Shown piece by piece: positions 37,760 to 64,000 of a stretch of 64,000 nt of DNA. Numbering within the stretch: position 1 is the first letter of the stretch; each line of letters opens with the position of its first letter. The notes under the pieces are model-generated. The model saw nothing but the letters and a program-made list of their open reading frames with translations. It had not been told where the DNA came from and ran no database searches. Source of the stretch: Antedon mediterranea (Eukaryota > Animalia > Echinodermata); contig NC_092670.1 of NCBI RefSeq assembly GCF_964355755.1, positions 1,354,201 to 1,418,200 on the forward strand, written 5' to 3'. The translations under genes were made by a program, and so were the position numbers.

Positions 37760-40700
37760 ATAATATTTTCTATAAGATGACAAAAATATGTTTAGTTCCT
37801 TTCTGTTAAATCACACAAAACATTAATGTACTTTGTAGGCCTACATCACAAGCTTGCAGCATATTTAAACATGGGCATTGTTAGAGAAATATAGAAAAAT
37901 ATGGATGCCGGGTGAGAAAACAGTACTGAGGTGGGTGTGCTAATTCCATACAATGTGTATACTCCTGTGCTTAAGTGACGTGTTAATGAATTACCAATTG
38001 ATTGAATAATTAATGCCAAATGTTTGATTTCTGCTTTGTCATTCAATTTTTCTACATGACAAACTTAATTAATTGTCATCAATAATAAAGATTTTTGTAA
38101 ATTAATTAAATCAACAAATTGTATTTCACTACAATCTGCTCATGACTAGATAAAATTTATAAGAATTAATATTAAATGATCCATGCTTTAATATTCAGTT
38201 AAAATAAAAATGAGATATTAGGCCTATAATATATTTTATTATTAATTAGGAAAAAATGAGAAAAAAAATCTTTTGATTTTGTTGCTATTCCCGTTCGATT
38301 GCAATGTAAATATCTTTTATATTAAAAAATAGCCAGACGATATCAGAATCGACAGTACAAAATAAATATTAAAGCCTTTAGTGCACACAGTAATTTGAAC
38401 AGAGCATTATTTGTACTATATAGTAGCATCATACAGCCGTTTCGAGACAGCCGTACTCTCACATTACTATGCTATTACCAGATATGTTACTTCCTCCATG
38501 CTTAGGACTAGGTACGGTACTCTAACGCCAAACGAAAGTACTAAGTTAACTACAACAAGAAGAAGCTTGTTCTTACAATTTTTTAGCCGTTGATTTAATA
38601 ACGTCTTGAGAAGACATCTTTAATTCGTACAATAGATGTATATCACACAATAATCAGAAAAACAGAGAAATTAATATCAATCCATAACACATGACAATTG
38701 GCCTTTACTCTCAGTGTGCGAAAAACAATCAAAACACGATGATAAGTCACTACCCGTAACTAAGGCCTTATAACTCCTTTCAATTATACACTGTAACAAC
38801 ATAGTTCTTTATTTAATAAGCAATATTTAAAGTTTGATTTCAATTAGAACATAAAGACTTTAAAATATGGTTTTACTTTATAGTTTGTATATTCTAATTT
38901 TAAATTATAATGATAAAAAACAATTAATTTATCCTATTATAAGCAAGTACAGACTTATATTTACTACGCCTTGGTAACTAAGTAAAACATGGGGGCGGTA
39001 GTCACTTAAGCATCCCACAAGCTGAGACAACAATCAAGTAAATAAGCTTTCAATTTGTGATGGTTTAAAGGTGACCTCCGGCGGGAGGCGGTAATTTGTT
39101 CGTACATAATATATGATCAGGGAACTCACTGATATGATATAAAATAAAATATTGTTTTAAAAATATAATTTATTGCATTGTAATTGTAATGATTATAAAG
39201 TATGTGCTTTTAATAATGCATTAACGTTCTTAAAGTTGATTTCTCTTTCGTATTCGGTAGTCAAAATGCCCGTTGTGGTACATACAGTGAGCATGACTAA
39301 TTACTATTGTTTAATAAGCTGGCGTGCTCTGCCATAGGTTTTGAATAAGGCCCTATAGTAATATACAATAATTATTTCTTTTTCTCAGAGATTTAGATTA
39401 CAGCATACAATACTGTACTTTACTATCATTAATTTCTAATAATACGTAGAAGAAGTAATGTCGTTTTCTTATGTTATTCGACATTCATCAGCATTATTGG
39501 TAACAATGAAACAAAAATGAGTTTATTTTAATTATTATTATGCTGTCGGAAGTTCGGCAACATTATTCACGATCTTAAACACTTCGGTGTCAATCAACGA
39601 CTTACGAAAGTTGGAAAAAGCTCTCGAAAAATCCGTAGTAGCAGATGATATAAACTACTTTAACAATGTAAAACTTTCAGCGTTTTCCCTAAATGTATAA
39701 AAAAGTATGTGTTATCAACTTTATGTAAGACATACGAAATAGATTGATTACAAAAACAGATCCAAAAACTATAATATTAAAACTGTACTACTTTGGAAGT
39801 ATGTTGGTCACGGTTCTGTGCGAGCAATGAAGATCGATAAGAATAGATAGACTATTTGTCATCCATCGTGTAGGCCTACTCTGTGGCGTAAAACGGAAAT
39901 GCTCTTCTTTGAAAACTCGGATCTAGCTGGTAATGGGGTTTTGAATATATCTAACGGCTGTTTGTGTAAAAATGGAAAATAAATATCAATATCGTTTATA
40001 ATATATCTTATATTTGTTGAAAGAGCAATATTTATCCTCGCCGTACAAATGCATAGTCAACTGTCATCATGCATGTATACTCTTCTTGCAGCTATAGGCC
40101 CTAATCACTAGTAATAATAGCTATTCAATAATCGCTATAGGGGATATGCCATCTTACCATCCTGTCTTCTGTGACAGCTGTCTCGCATCCAAAATGCACA
40201 AATTTGCCTCAAAACAGGGTTGGGTTCGTTTTAGTTCATTGAGCAAATTTTGACTTTTTAACACATTTTCATGAACAAAGTTCGTAAATCGTAGAGGATT
40301 AATAATAATAATGATTTACTACAGCGCTTTTTAGCTTAAGTGCTAAGCGGACCAAAATAAATGACTTAACTAGAATTTAATTCGTCACTTTGACGAATTA
40401 TAGGTGATCATTTTTATCATTTTAATGAAATTAACACTTTTTAAACATGCATGTACGTTAACATACGATCGTAAAAAGTTGATGTACGCCATCCTATGAC
40501 ATGATGCATACGCTTATAGTGCTGAGTTGTGCCTATTATATGCCATATACAATATGTACAGTATATACTGTATATCTATAAACAGTGTAGCATAGGTGAA
40601 ATTACGGGACACGCATCATGTTCTAATTTTTTGGTATGATGGAATTATCAAAATAAACTCAAAGATGACAATTTCGAAAGATAATGAATTGAGCAAATAA

Positions 40701-42460
40701 ATATAAGAATTGGAAGACAATCTGGCACGTAGAAGCGCCGTGAGCGCTCTTTGAAATTTGTATAACTTTGACTAAAAAAATGTAAAAACTACTTTTTAAC
40801 TTCAACTAGCCATATGATAATATCACAACATCCGATAGGCTTAATTTTTATATGAATTCATATCTAAATTTCATCAGCTTTCATAATAAGTTATAATCTT
40901 CAAGGTCACCTTTAATTCTGAAGAGCTGTAAGATATTCAAATATACGCTGAAGGTGAAATTACTTGACCCACGTTATTCAAGTTTTTAGGCGTAATGACG
41001 TCATCATAATGTAAATGGTGGCAACTCATGAGAAAGATAATTAATTTAGCAAGCACATACTGAAATTTGAGCGAAAAACGGGATCAAATAATGGAGATGC
41101 GCTCTATTGAATGTGATAATCTACACAAAAAGACAAAAATTCCTAATTTTTAAATTCAAGTGGCCATTTGATGACGTCATACCATTTTGTACGTCTAATG
41201 TGTATATACATTTGTATCTACAACTTATTGGCTTCCATAATAAGTAAAAAAAATTGGGGTCACCTGTCATTCTGAAGAGTTATATTCATTTTAAAAAGGC
41301 CCTAATTTTTACCATTTTTAGCACTTTTGTACAATTAATGTGCACATTTTGTCATTTTTAACGTGCTCGTATAGCGTTATTTTAAGTCAGAATGGACTCA
41401 AAGTCGGAGAATGTACTAAGGATTGTGAGTAGAATGTGATGTATACATAAAATTTTATTTTTTACGATTTTTAAAAATCGCGTGCGCAAAAATGTGTTTT
41501 TGCGCAGTAATTTTTTGAAACACCCAAAATTATAGTAAATTGTTTTATGAATTGTACAAATTTTACAATTAGTAAGTAGGCTTTTTGTTTGTGGCTCTCG
41601 CGCTATTTGTATTTTACAATTTTGTTCTGTAAAGTTTTTTACCCACCCACAGTATGAGTCTTAAAAAAAAATGTGGACACTTTGGTGTCACATCATCAAG
41701 ATTTAAAAATAGCCCACTTCCATATCTTACTGGTCTGCTAACTGTCCATGAAAGTTTTTGTTTGTAATATGATACTTCACACTTGAAGTATCTAAGGCGT
41801 GATGACCCCCAGACTTGACCTTAGCAATAAAATAAACTAAATTGAGTCTGTTTCATATCAAAGTTATTCACTTCTGTAACAAAATTCACATTATAAAAAG
41901 AGAAAAGAAACGTTTAATTATAACTCAAAAACCACATTGTCTGACAGACAATTGAAGTATTTTTTGCTTTTAATTAAATTTTTTTCAGGTAAAATAACTA
42001 TTATGTGACAATAAAATGACACATTCAAAAACAAATTTGAAATAAAACATATTTTTCAGAGGGACAATATATCTTTAAAACTGTTACGTCAATAAGCGAG
42101 CAGCGTTTTTTGTAAGAAATATTTCTTGTTAATTAAGGCCTTTTGTAAAAAAATCCTTAATTCACCTTTTTGGCTGCTACGGATTTTTATTTGCCTTAGT
42201 GAATTGTTTTTGATATTTCTTGAAATAAGGATACCGAGAGATAGAATTACCGTCATGACCCGCGTTACATTACATTGCATGCCTCGCTGGCTCGCACTTT
42301 GGCAACGCTCACAGTTTGTTTGATGACGTTTTCCGTCTGTAGTTGACGGTTATTCGCGCGAGAACTATTTCAGAGCTTTCGCGAACGGACTTGTTCACCT
42401 TCGGCGTGATATTTGAGCGATATTTTAGGGAGCTAGGCCTAGGAGCCTAGATTTAGCAAA

Positions 42461-57299
<14,839 letters not shown>

Positions 57300-58258
57300 A
57301 AGTAAGTGTTTCTTCTCATTTCAATATGTGGACAATATAATTGCAATATTAACACATCAAAACATTGTTATGTTTGTTTAATATCCTCCTATAACCTTAG
57401 TATAGATTATTTAATAATATTTAAAATCAGTATTTTAGTATACAGTAAGTAGTAGTGAGACTGTGGAAGTTTTTGAGTTGAGCTAATTTTGAATGAAAAA
57501 AAGCTGATTTCACACAAATAAAAATCTCACCACTGGGTTAGCTTCAGTTGCACATTGTTGTAGCAAACATTTCTAGGTCAACAGGAAATTGTAATACAGT
57601 ACCGGCAGGAAAATTGCCCTTAACATTCGCATTTAAACCTACTTAAGGCTGACCCATGCAATCTACTTAATACTTATGATATATTTTCTGTGTAAGTTGC
57701 ATTCTAAGAACTATCAATATTAGCATATTTAATCTTATTTTCCAGTTAGGAAATTCCAAAGTGTCTTAATTTCACATTAATTCTCCATGTAAGTTGAATG
57801 ACTTTGCACCAAAGTTGATGCTTGTCTGTGTATGTGCCAAGAAACATTATATCTACTTCCGAACACATTAAAAACAGGAAATACCTCAGTTAATATGCAT
57901 GATCTATTTTTCTTTGTTAATGCTAGCTTTACAGTACACCAGAAAATAAAAAATGAAAGATTGAGAGAAAGAGAAAGTTTGTATAGAAATATAATAGATT
58001 AAGTGATAAGACTCTAGAAAGTGGTTAGAAAAAAATATGACAAAAATTAAATAATAAACGAGATGAAAGGGAAAATTGGATTTATGGAAGATCGAAAGCT
58101 GAGAAGAAACTTGTACAGAAAAAGCACTGAATAAGAGAAACAAAAATAATAAGAACTTAGATAAGCGGAAAACTTCCACCCATTTGGTTAACCTACACAC
58201 AATGACAATCTTTTTTCTAGTTATTATTATCTAGATTATTTTAATTTCAATGGTATAT

Positions 58259-59687
58259 CTAGAAAAGTATTTTGTAAACAAAAACAATGAAGAAAGCAAT
58301 GAATGTCAGAAAGTAGTTTGACGCGGTAGCGCTCACTCCATTTATGACGTCATCGTTAACGATAGCAATAATTCTAACGGGTGCACCACTTCCGTCTTTA
58401 ATCTTCATCGGTAGCGCGTATATTGTGCTCCCGGTCGTCGGCATCTTGTCCAAATTCGCCACGTTTTCAAGACCGAAGATGTTTTGTTCGAAAAATACTA
58501 CATGCGAACTGAAATTAGTAGACTGTCCGAAATCCAGAGATGATGTGTCTACGCCTACGCCTACAATGTTACGATTTTCAACGAGCCATTCTGCGGCAGG
58601 TGTACTGAATCCGGGGAAATTCAGAAGCGAGACATCGTTTTCATCTGTGTAAGAGTCGTTACGATCCGAACCAAAGTACGCAGTACGGTTAGGGTAGAAT
58701 TTACCCCAACCTGAGAACATCATTACAATGGCGCCGTCGGGTATACGACCATTCTCTTCTTCCCAGGCCATTATATCATTGATTTCAACTTGTGCATCGG
58801 GGTCCATGGAGGCTTTAGATGAGATGTCAACTTTTACTCCGGGGCCTACTAGATGACTTGCAGGTACTGCTTCAATTCTCAACTGTCCCTCCCGTAAGTG
58901 TGCCGGTGCGTCCATGTGTGTTCCAGTATGCTCACCCGTTTCAATGCGATTGGATTCAAACCTTAAAAAAAACCATTTATTTGATTTATATCAAGGCGCT
59001 TTCAATTTAAAAGAGACTTAACTGCTTCCTTACAATAAAAATAAATTCCTTTTCATTGCCATTCACATAGTCGAGTCATTAATTTTATACAGTAATCCCA
59101 TGAGTGTTAATTATACACCCTGGTAATACAGTACTACGAAACATAGATTCTGGCGGGTCGCCATATTTCTTTTCGTACATAAGTTGGGGACGGACCCCCC
59201 CGGGCGGTCCCCTCATGAAAAGAAATATGAATATCTTTACTGTAGTCATAGCCATAAGGTGTGACGTAAGAATTGAACTATCGAGCCGTCTGTATAGTCG
59301 GGTGGTTTAGACTATGGATTTTACATGTCGGTGTATGGAGTTCGAATCCCATGAGAAACTTCATTTTACGTTTACTAGAGAGATTAGTTTGAGGGTTAGG
59401 TTTAGTTATATTTATTCCTATCTTTCACAAGGGGTCCCCAACTTATGTACGAAAAAAAAATTGCTGGCGGGTCTCTGTTTTCAGAACACCCATAGTAATA
59501 CTTACCATAGAGGTCCATATGTTCCACGGTGAAGAATTTCTTGTACAAACCCCTCATGGCCCGGAAAAAACAGCGTATTTTCGTCAAACGTATACGTCAG
59601 GTCAATAATGTCACCGTTATCATGTTCGCACACTGCGTGTAACGCATGCAAAGTCAAGCAAACAATCATGGAGCGTGTATAGTACAT
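58259..59687 (-). CDS. Cyclase-family metal-dependent hydrolase (kynurenine formamidase KynB / isatin hydrolase-like), with signal peptide and hydrophobic C-terminus
   Basis: Exons 59687-59506 and 58961-58259 join in phase (TG|G). Motifs: IIDLT, EHTGTHMDAPAH (HxGTHxDxPxH), FPGFS, GVGVDTSSLD, GLENVANL, KIKDGSGAPVRIIA. Confidence 0.9.
59170..59455. mobile_element. Small inverted-repeat element with a tRNA-like remnant, in the cyclase intron
   Basis: Perfect 22-bp inverted repeat ttttcgtacataagttggggac (59170-59191) / gtccccaacttatgtacgaaaa (59434-59455). Inside are A-box-like tagtcgggtgg and B-box-like gttcgaatcc. Confidence 0.6.
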
Positions 59688-60240
59688 TCTGAAATCAGAT
59701 CGCCTGCTGGACAACTCGGGGAGTTATACGTCTGTCCTGTCTAATACGATAGTAGAGTCAATTAAATTAACCTTCACACAACTCCCACTCGTAACAAAAA
59801 TCAGGATTATTCAAATTCATTGACTGAGGAATCCTTCATCTCGGACCAATCATTGTTTGTTCACTAAAGCGTTTTATTTGTGTTTTGTTTACTGTTGAAG
59901 ACAGTAGTGATAGTATTGTTGAGAAGAATAAAGGTACAATATAGCAATGGTTTTGATTCAGTCTAAATCAAATTAAGCGTTCTTTCTTTGTCATGTCAAC
60001 ATTATTGTTGTTGAGGTTCAGTATCGACGTGCCTTGATCCTAAGGCATAGGTACGTGACCGTGATGTGTAACCTTTCTACGAAACGACCAATTACATATT
60101 TTCTTGAATTTGTTCTGGAAATCCATCAACTTCCTACTTTGGATATCGTTATAGTGTTTTAATAATATTAAGTCAGTAGAAATTAAGCGTTGGATTATGA
60201 CATCTTCCGGTGTTCCATATTATGATATTATTAGTTTTTA

Positions 60241-60689
60241 CACCCTGCTTGTTCACGGAATACGGGAAATATCTACGTTCTGGTTCCTATTCCATGAGGC
60301 CGACGAAGGCCGAATGGAATATGGAACCAGAACGTATATATTTCCCGTATTTCTAAGAACAAACAGGGTGCAACGATTGTATCTCTTATAGTGTACACAT
60401 ATAAGCAATTGGACATCATTAAGGAGCTTTCGACGATTCGATTATCATTTTTTACGGACCGTCGAATACGGGTTCATATTCGATGGTTGAAATCACAACT
60501 ACGCATGCGCTCAACGATAAAAATACAATACAATACATAAACAACACGCGCGTAGAAACAGGTAATACGGGATATACAGTATTACCCTTCTGATCCGCTT
60601 GACTGAGGAACTGGGCGTAAGGTAATAGAGAATTATATCTCATACATATTGACCAATCGGATTACAGAATTCACGTACACTAAGAGATA
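60241..60689. mobile_element. Second non-autonomous hairpin-type element (possibly Crypton-like)
   Basis: Hairpin at 60241-60370, then inverted repeats tatctcttatagtgtac (60380-60396) / gtacactaagagata (60675-60689). Confidence 0.55.
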
Positions 60690-60730
60690 TAAGTATATAT
60701 ATCAAATAACCTTGAATACAAGCTTTTATA

Positions 60731-61397
60731 ATTGGTCAATACTTCAGGATTAATTATGATTGGTCAATACTTCAGGATTAATTATGATTGGTCAATACTT
60801 CAGGATTAATTATGATTTGGTCAATACTTCAGGATTAATTATGATTGGTCAATACTTCAGGATTAATTATGATTGGTCAATACTTCAGGATTAATTATGA
60901 TTTGGTCAATACTTCAGGATTAATTATGATTGGTCAATACTTCAGGATTAATTATGATTGGTAAATACTTCAGGATTAATTATGATTGGTCAATAGTTCA
61001 GGATTAATTATGATTAATCAATACTTCAGGATTAATTATGATTGGTCAATAGTTCAGGATTAATTATGATTGGTCAATACTTCAGGATTAATTATGATTT
61101 GGTCAATACTTCAGGATTAATTATGATTGGTCAATACTTTAGGATTAATTATGATTGGTAAATACTTCAAGATTAATTTTGATTGGTCAATACTTCAGGA
61201 TTAATTATGATTGGTCAATACGTCAGGATTAATTATGATTGGTAGGTCAATATTTCAGGATTAATTATGATTGGTCAATAGTTCAGGATTAAATATGAAT
61301 GGTCAATACTTCAGGATTAAATAGGATTGGTCAAATACTTTAGGAATAATTATGATTGGTCAATACTTCCGGATAAACTAGGATTGGTCAATACTTT
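60731..61397. repeat. Minisatellite, 28-bp unit, about 23-24 copies
   Basis: attggtcaatacttcaggattaattatg in tandem, decaying towards the right. Confidence 0.95.
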
Positions 61398-61763
61398 ATA
61401 ATGATTAGTTAACAGTCTGGATAAAACGTTTGATATTATTTTTTATAGGCCTACTTATTCCTAGAGATGACCTTTTTGTCGAAATATTGAATCGTAACAC
61501 AATGGCGTGTATTTTTTACTTTTCGGTGTATTTATACGTTAGGTCTGATAATTTAACTAATATGTGGACGATTCTCTTACAATTACTCAATAATGCGAGA
61601 GAGATTTGGACGAATACAATGTTTTTTTCGCTACAAAAAAAAAACGTTTTTATTTAAATCAATAAATTTACAACAATCATAATTTTGCAATGCGCTTCTA
61701 GATGACATTTGAGACATACAACATGTATGAACTCAGTAATGTGAACATTTGGACCCAGATGTT

Positions 61764-63786
61764 TCACAAGAGAAACGTTGTTGGAGTTTCATCAATCACC
61801 TCTTTATTGACTTCCATTTGCATTTGATTTGAAGACTCTATTTCATTAGTAGGCTTGTGATCTCGTCTAAAAGAAAAATAGTTATAATATTGAGTTACGT
61901 AGTTTCAACAATTTTTAGAGTACAGCCGTAAAAATGAAAGGCCATTGGACTTAATTCGTAATTGCGCGTAATGCTTGCGTGTCTCAACGAGGTTATGAGG
62001 ACGAAAATATTACATTACAGCAAAAGGTTTGTTCAGTCAATGTATATATACATATATACATAGGTTTAGCAGCAGCAGACGATAATTTTTGTTGTATTTT
62101 GGAAGCTCTCATATACGCGCTCAATGCTGATAGCCTACTGGTCATTTTAGTAAAAACGTGGGAGGCATTTGTGTTTTGAAATTTAAAAATTAAGGAATTA
62201 ATACTTCAGTGACGTTTACATAGTTACCTTGCAAGTTTAATGATTATACCTATAAGGATTACAACTGTAATTACTAGGCATACCACAGTCACTGTCACGT
62301 AAACTTGGCCATTTGAATTCTCAATTGTACCTTAAAAATAGAATAAGTGATAAATTCAATGGCTTTATATAAAAGTCAATATTTGTACCAAACTAGAATT
62401 GAAACGAGGAGTAAAACAAAATGAGGAATAAAACAAGTAGGTATTATCTCCTTGTTCACATCAGAACTTACACAACCTCCTCTACATGTATTAAATCACA
62501 TAATTCTTTATTTGTGGTCCAAATGCGCAATCATGTTGTTACCTTTGTTGCTTGAGTGTTGTGCTTCGGCTTCTCTGACATTATTGCATGTGGTGTTGAC
62601 ACCTAATATTTACATGTAAAAATATATTTAACCAAATTATATCAACGTGCGAATTATTTATTAAAAATATAGCCTATGACGTCTCTGTAAATTGACTTAA
62701 AACAAACAAACGGAAAGAAATATCGTGTTGAAATGGTGATAGACGAGGCAATATTTGTTTTATTATTTGTCAATAGGCCTAATTGATGATTTATAAAAGC
62801 AAATTCTTTAGCCTACTTGTATTATTGCTTGTTCCACATGTCAATCCACTAAATCCATCAGAACAAATGCAAGAAAACAACCCATCGTCTGATGTTTTCA
62901 TTTTCCCGCCATTTTGGCACTGGTTGTATGATTTTACGTCTGTAAGAACAATGAATTCAAGAAGATTAGCAGGCCTATTCACCTTTTGGTAAAAGAACGT
63001 ACGTCATACCCGTGCCGAATTCAGCCTTAGTAGCAGAATGCTAAGTTACATTCCCCAGATGGTTTGTGCATGCGCACTAGTAGCCGGTAGTGAATCGCTT
63101 TACTGCTGTTACTGCTACGCATGTGCAATCAGAAATTAGCTGCAAGAAACTTCCCACATTGTACAATGCTATATAAAAAAACTGCTATACTAACTTGACA
63201 CTGTTATTTTGAACGAGCATGTGTTTGAACGTTCAGCCATATCCGTAGCCGTGTACTCGACATTGATTGTTTTCCCTAAAACTCCATTTGGTATTTCAAT
63301 TACTTCACCAGGAGAATGAGAATTACTGGTACTGGAGAAACAAGCGGAATCGTCTGTCCACACTGGAGGTTGCCAAAACACATTTACTGTTCTTTCATTT
63401 GGTTTTGTGAGGAGATGGATATCTTCTGGACAGGTTGACCCGTATGAAGGTGGTTCTTGGTCTTCAAAATTACCTAAAATTGACAAAAATATTGATTTTA
63501 AAATGTGAATACCATAAGATATGAAGCATGTTAATTGTTTGAAGGTAGTTTCTAGTTCACGTATGTTTCAAAGAATGGTTCAAAAATTATTTTCCATAAG
63601 GCATGATTCTATCGTTTGCCCCCGAAATAGTAGTAGTAGTAGTGGTGTATATCCGCTTACTTATTTCACACACGTATGCGAAATTCATGCTACAAGGAAC
63701 ATCATTCCATTTGTCTGAATGCGTATAATCAAGCTCTACACAATCTTCACCGTGTCCATAATTATTTGGTTCACCGGCTCCAAAAT
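61764..63786 (-). CDS. 3' part of a C-type lectin / HYR / EGF / transmembrane receptor; the 5' part lies beyond the window
   Basis: Exons ~63786-63661 (GEPNN...EDCV...WNDVPC...YVCE, CTLD), ~63473-63195 (HYR: CPEDI...VFWQPP...YTATD), ~62939-62815 (EGF: CQNGG...CICSDGFSGLTC), ~62601-62542, ~62330-62228 (TM: VYVTVTVVCLVITVVILIGIII), ~62134-62060, 61866-61764. An AATAAA lies on the minus strand near 61650. Confidence 0.8.
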
Positions 63787-64000
63787 CTGTAAAAAACATC
63801 ATATCATCATAAAAGTATACCGTAACAGTTATATATGCATTATAGTTTTATATTTAAAAAAAAACGATGTAGAGTATTTTAGAAATACTCTAGAAAATAA
63901 GATAGGATAACTTGGTTGACATGTTTGCTTTTAACGTCACCAACTAATTTGTCTGTTAATTGGTCAATTGGGTTTTTATTTGAAATATCTAGTGTTTAAA

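Noticed and set aside
39069-40911. Possible Kolobok element (TTAA-aggtgacct ... aggtcacct-TTAA)
   Set aside because: Only 9 bp of inverted repeat. The right end also resembles a repeated unit at ~41230-41280, so the pairing may be coincidental.

Overview
AT-rich, intron-rich animal genomic DNA. It is probably an invertebrate deuterostome such as an echinoderm, inferred from gene content only. Reading across splice sites gives seven genes: (1) the 5' end of cyclin F (-), head-to-head with (2) HID1 (+), which has two paralogous alternative last exons; (3) an NLR-type immune receptor (-) with the unusual order TIR-like/TIR-like/NACHT/LRR, whose large NACHT-LRR exon is split by a 1763-bp non-autonomous DNA transposon with a 5-bp target-site duplication (removing it restores one ~1495-aa frame); (4) a multi-exon gene (-) with an ERICH3/FSIP2-like N-terminal motif, about ten TQT (LC8-type) motifs, a PLAT domain and ankyrin repeats; (5) DEAH helicase DHX40 (+), with a ~4.9-kb array of 92-bp repeats in its last intron; (6) a secreted or membrane-anchored cyclase-family (KynB/isatin hydrolase-like) gene (-); (7) the 3' part of a C-type lectin/HYR/EGF/TM receptor (-). 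Several MITE families, hairpin elements and minisatellites lie in introns and intergenic DNA. Exon coordinates were derived by eye, and protein identities come from recalled motifs, not database searches.
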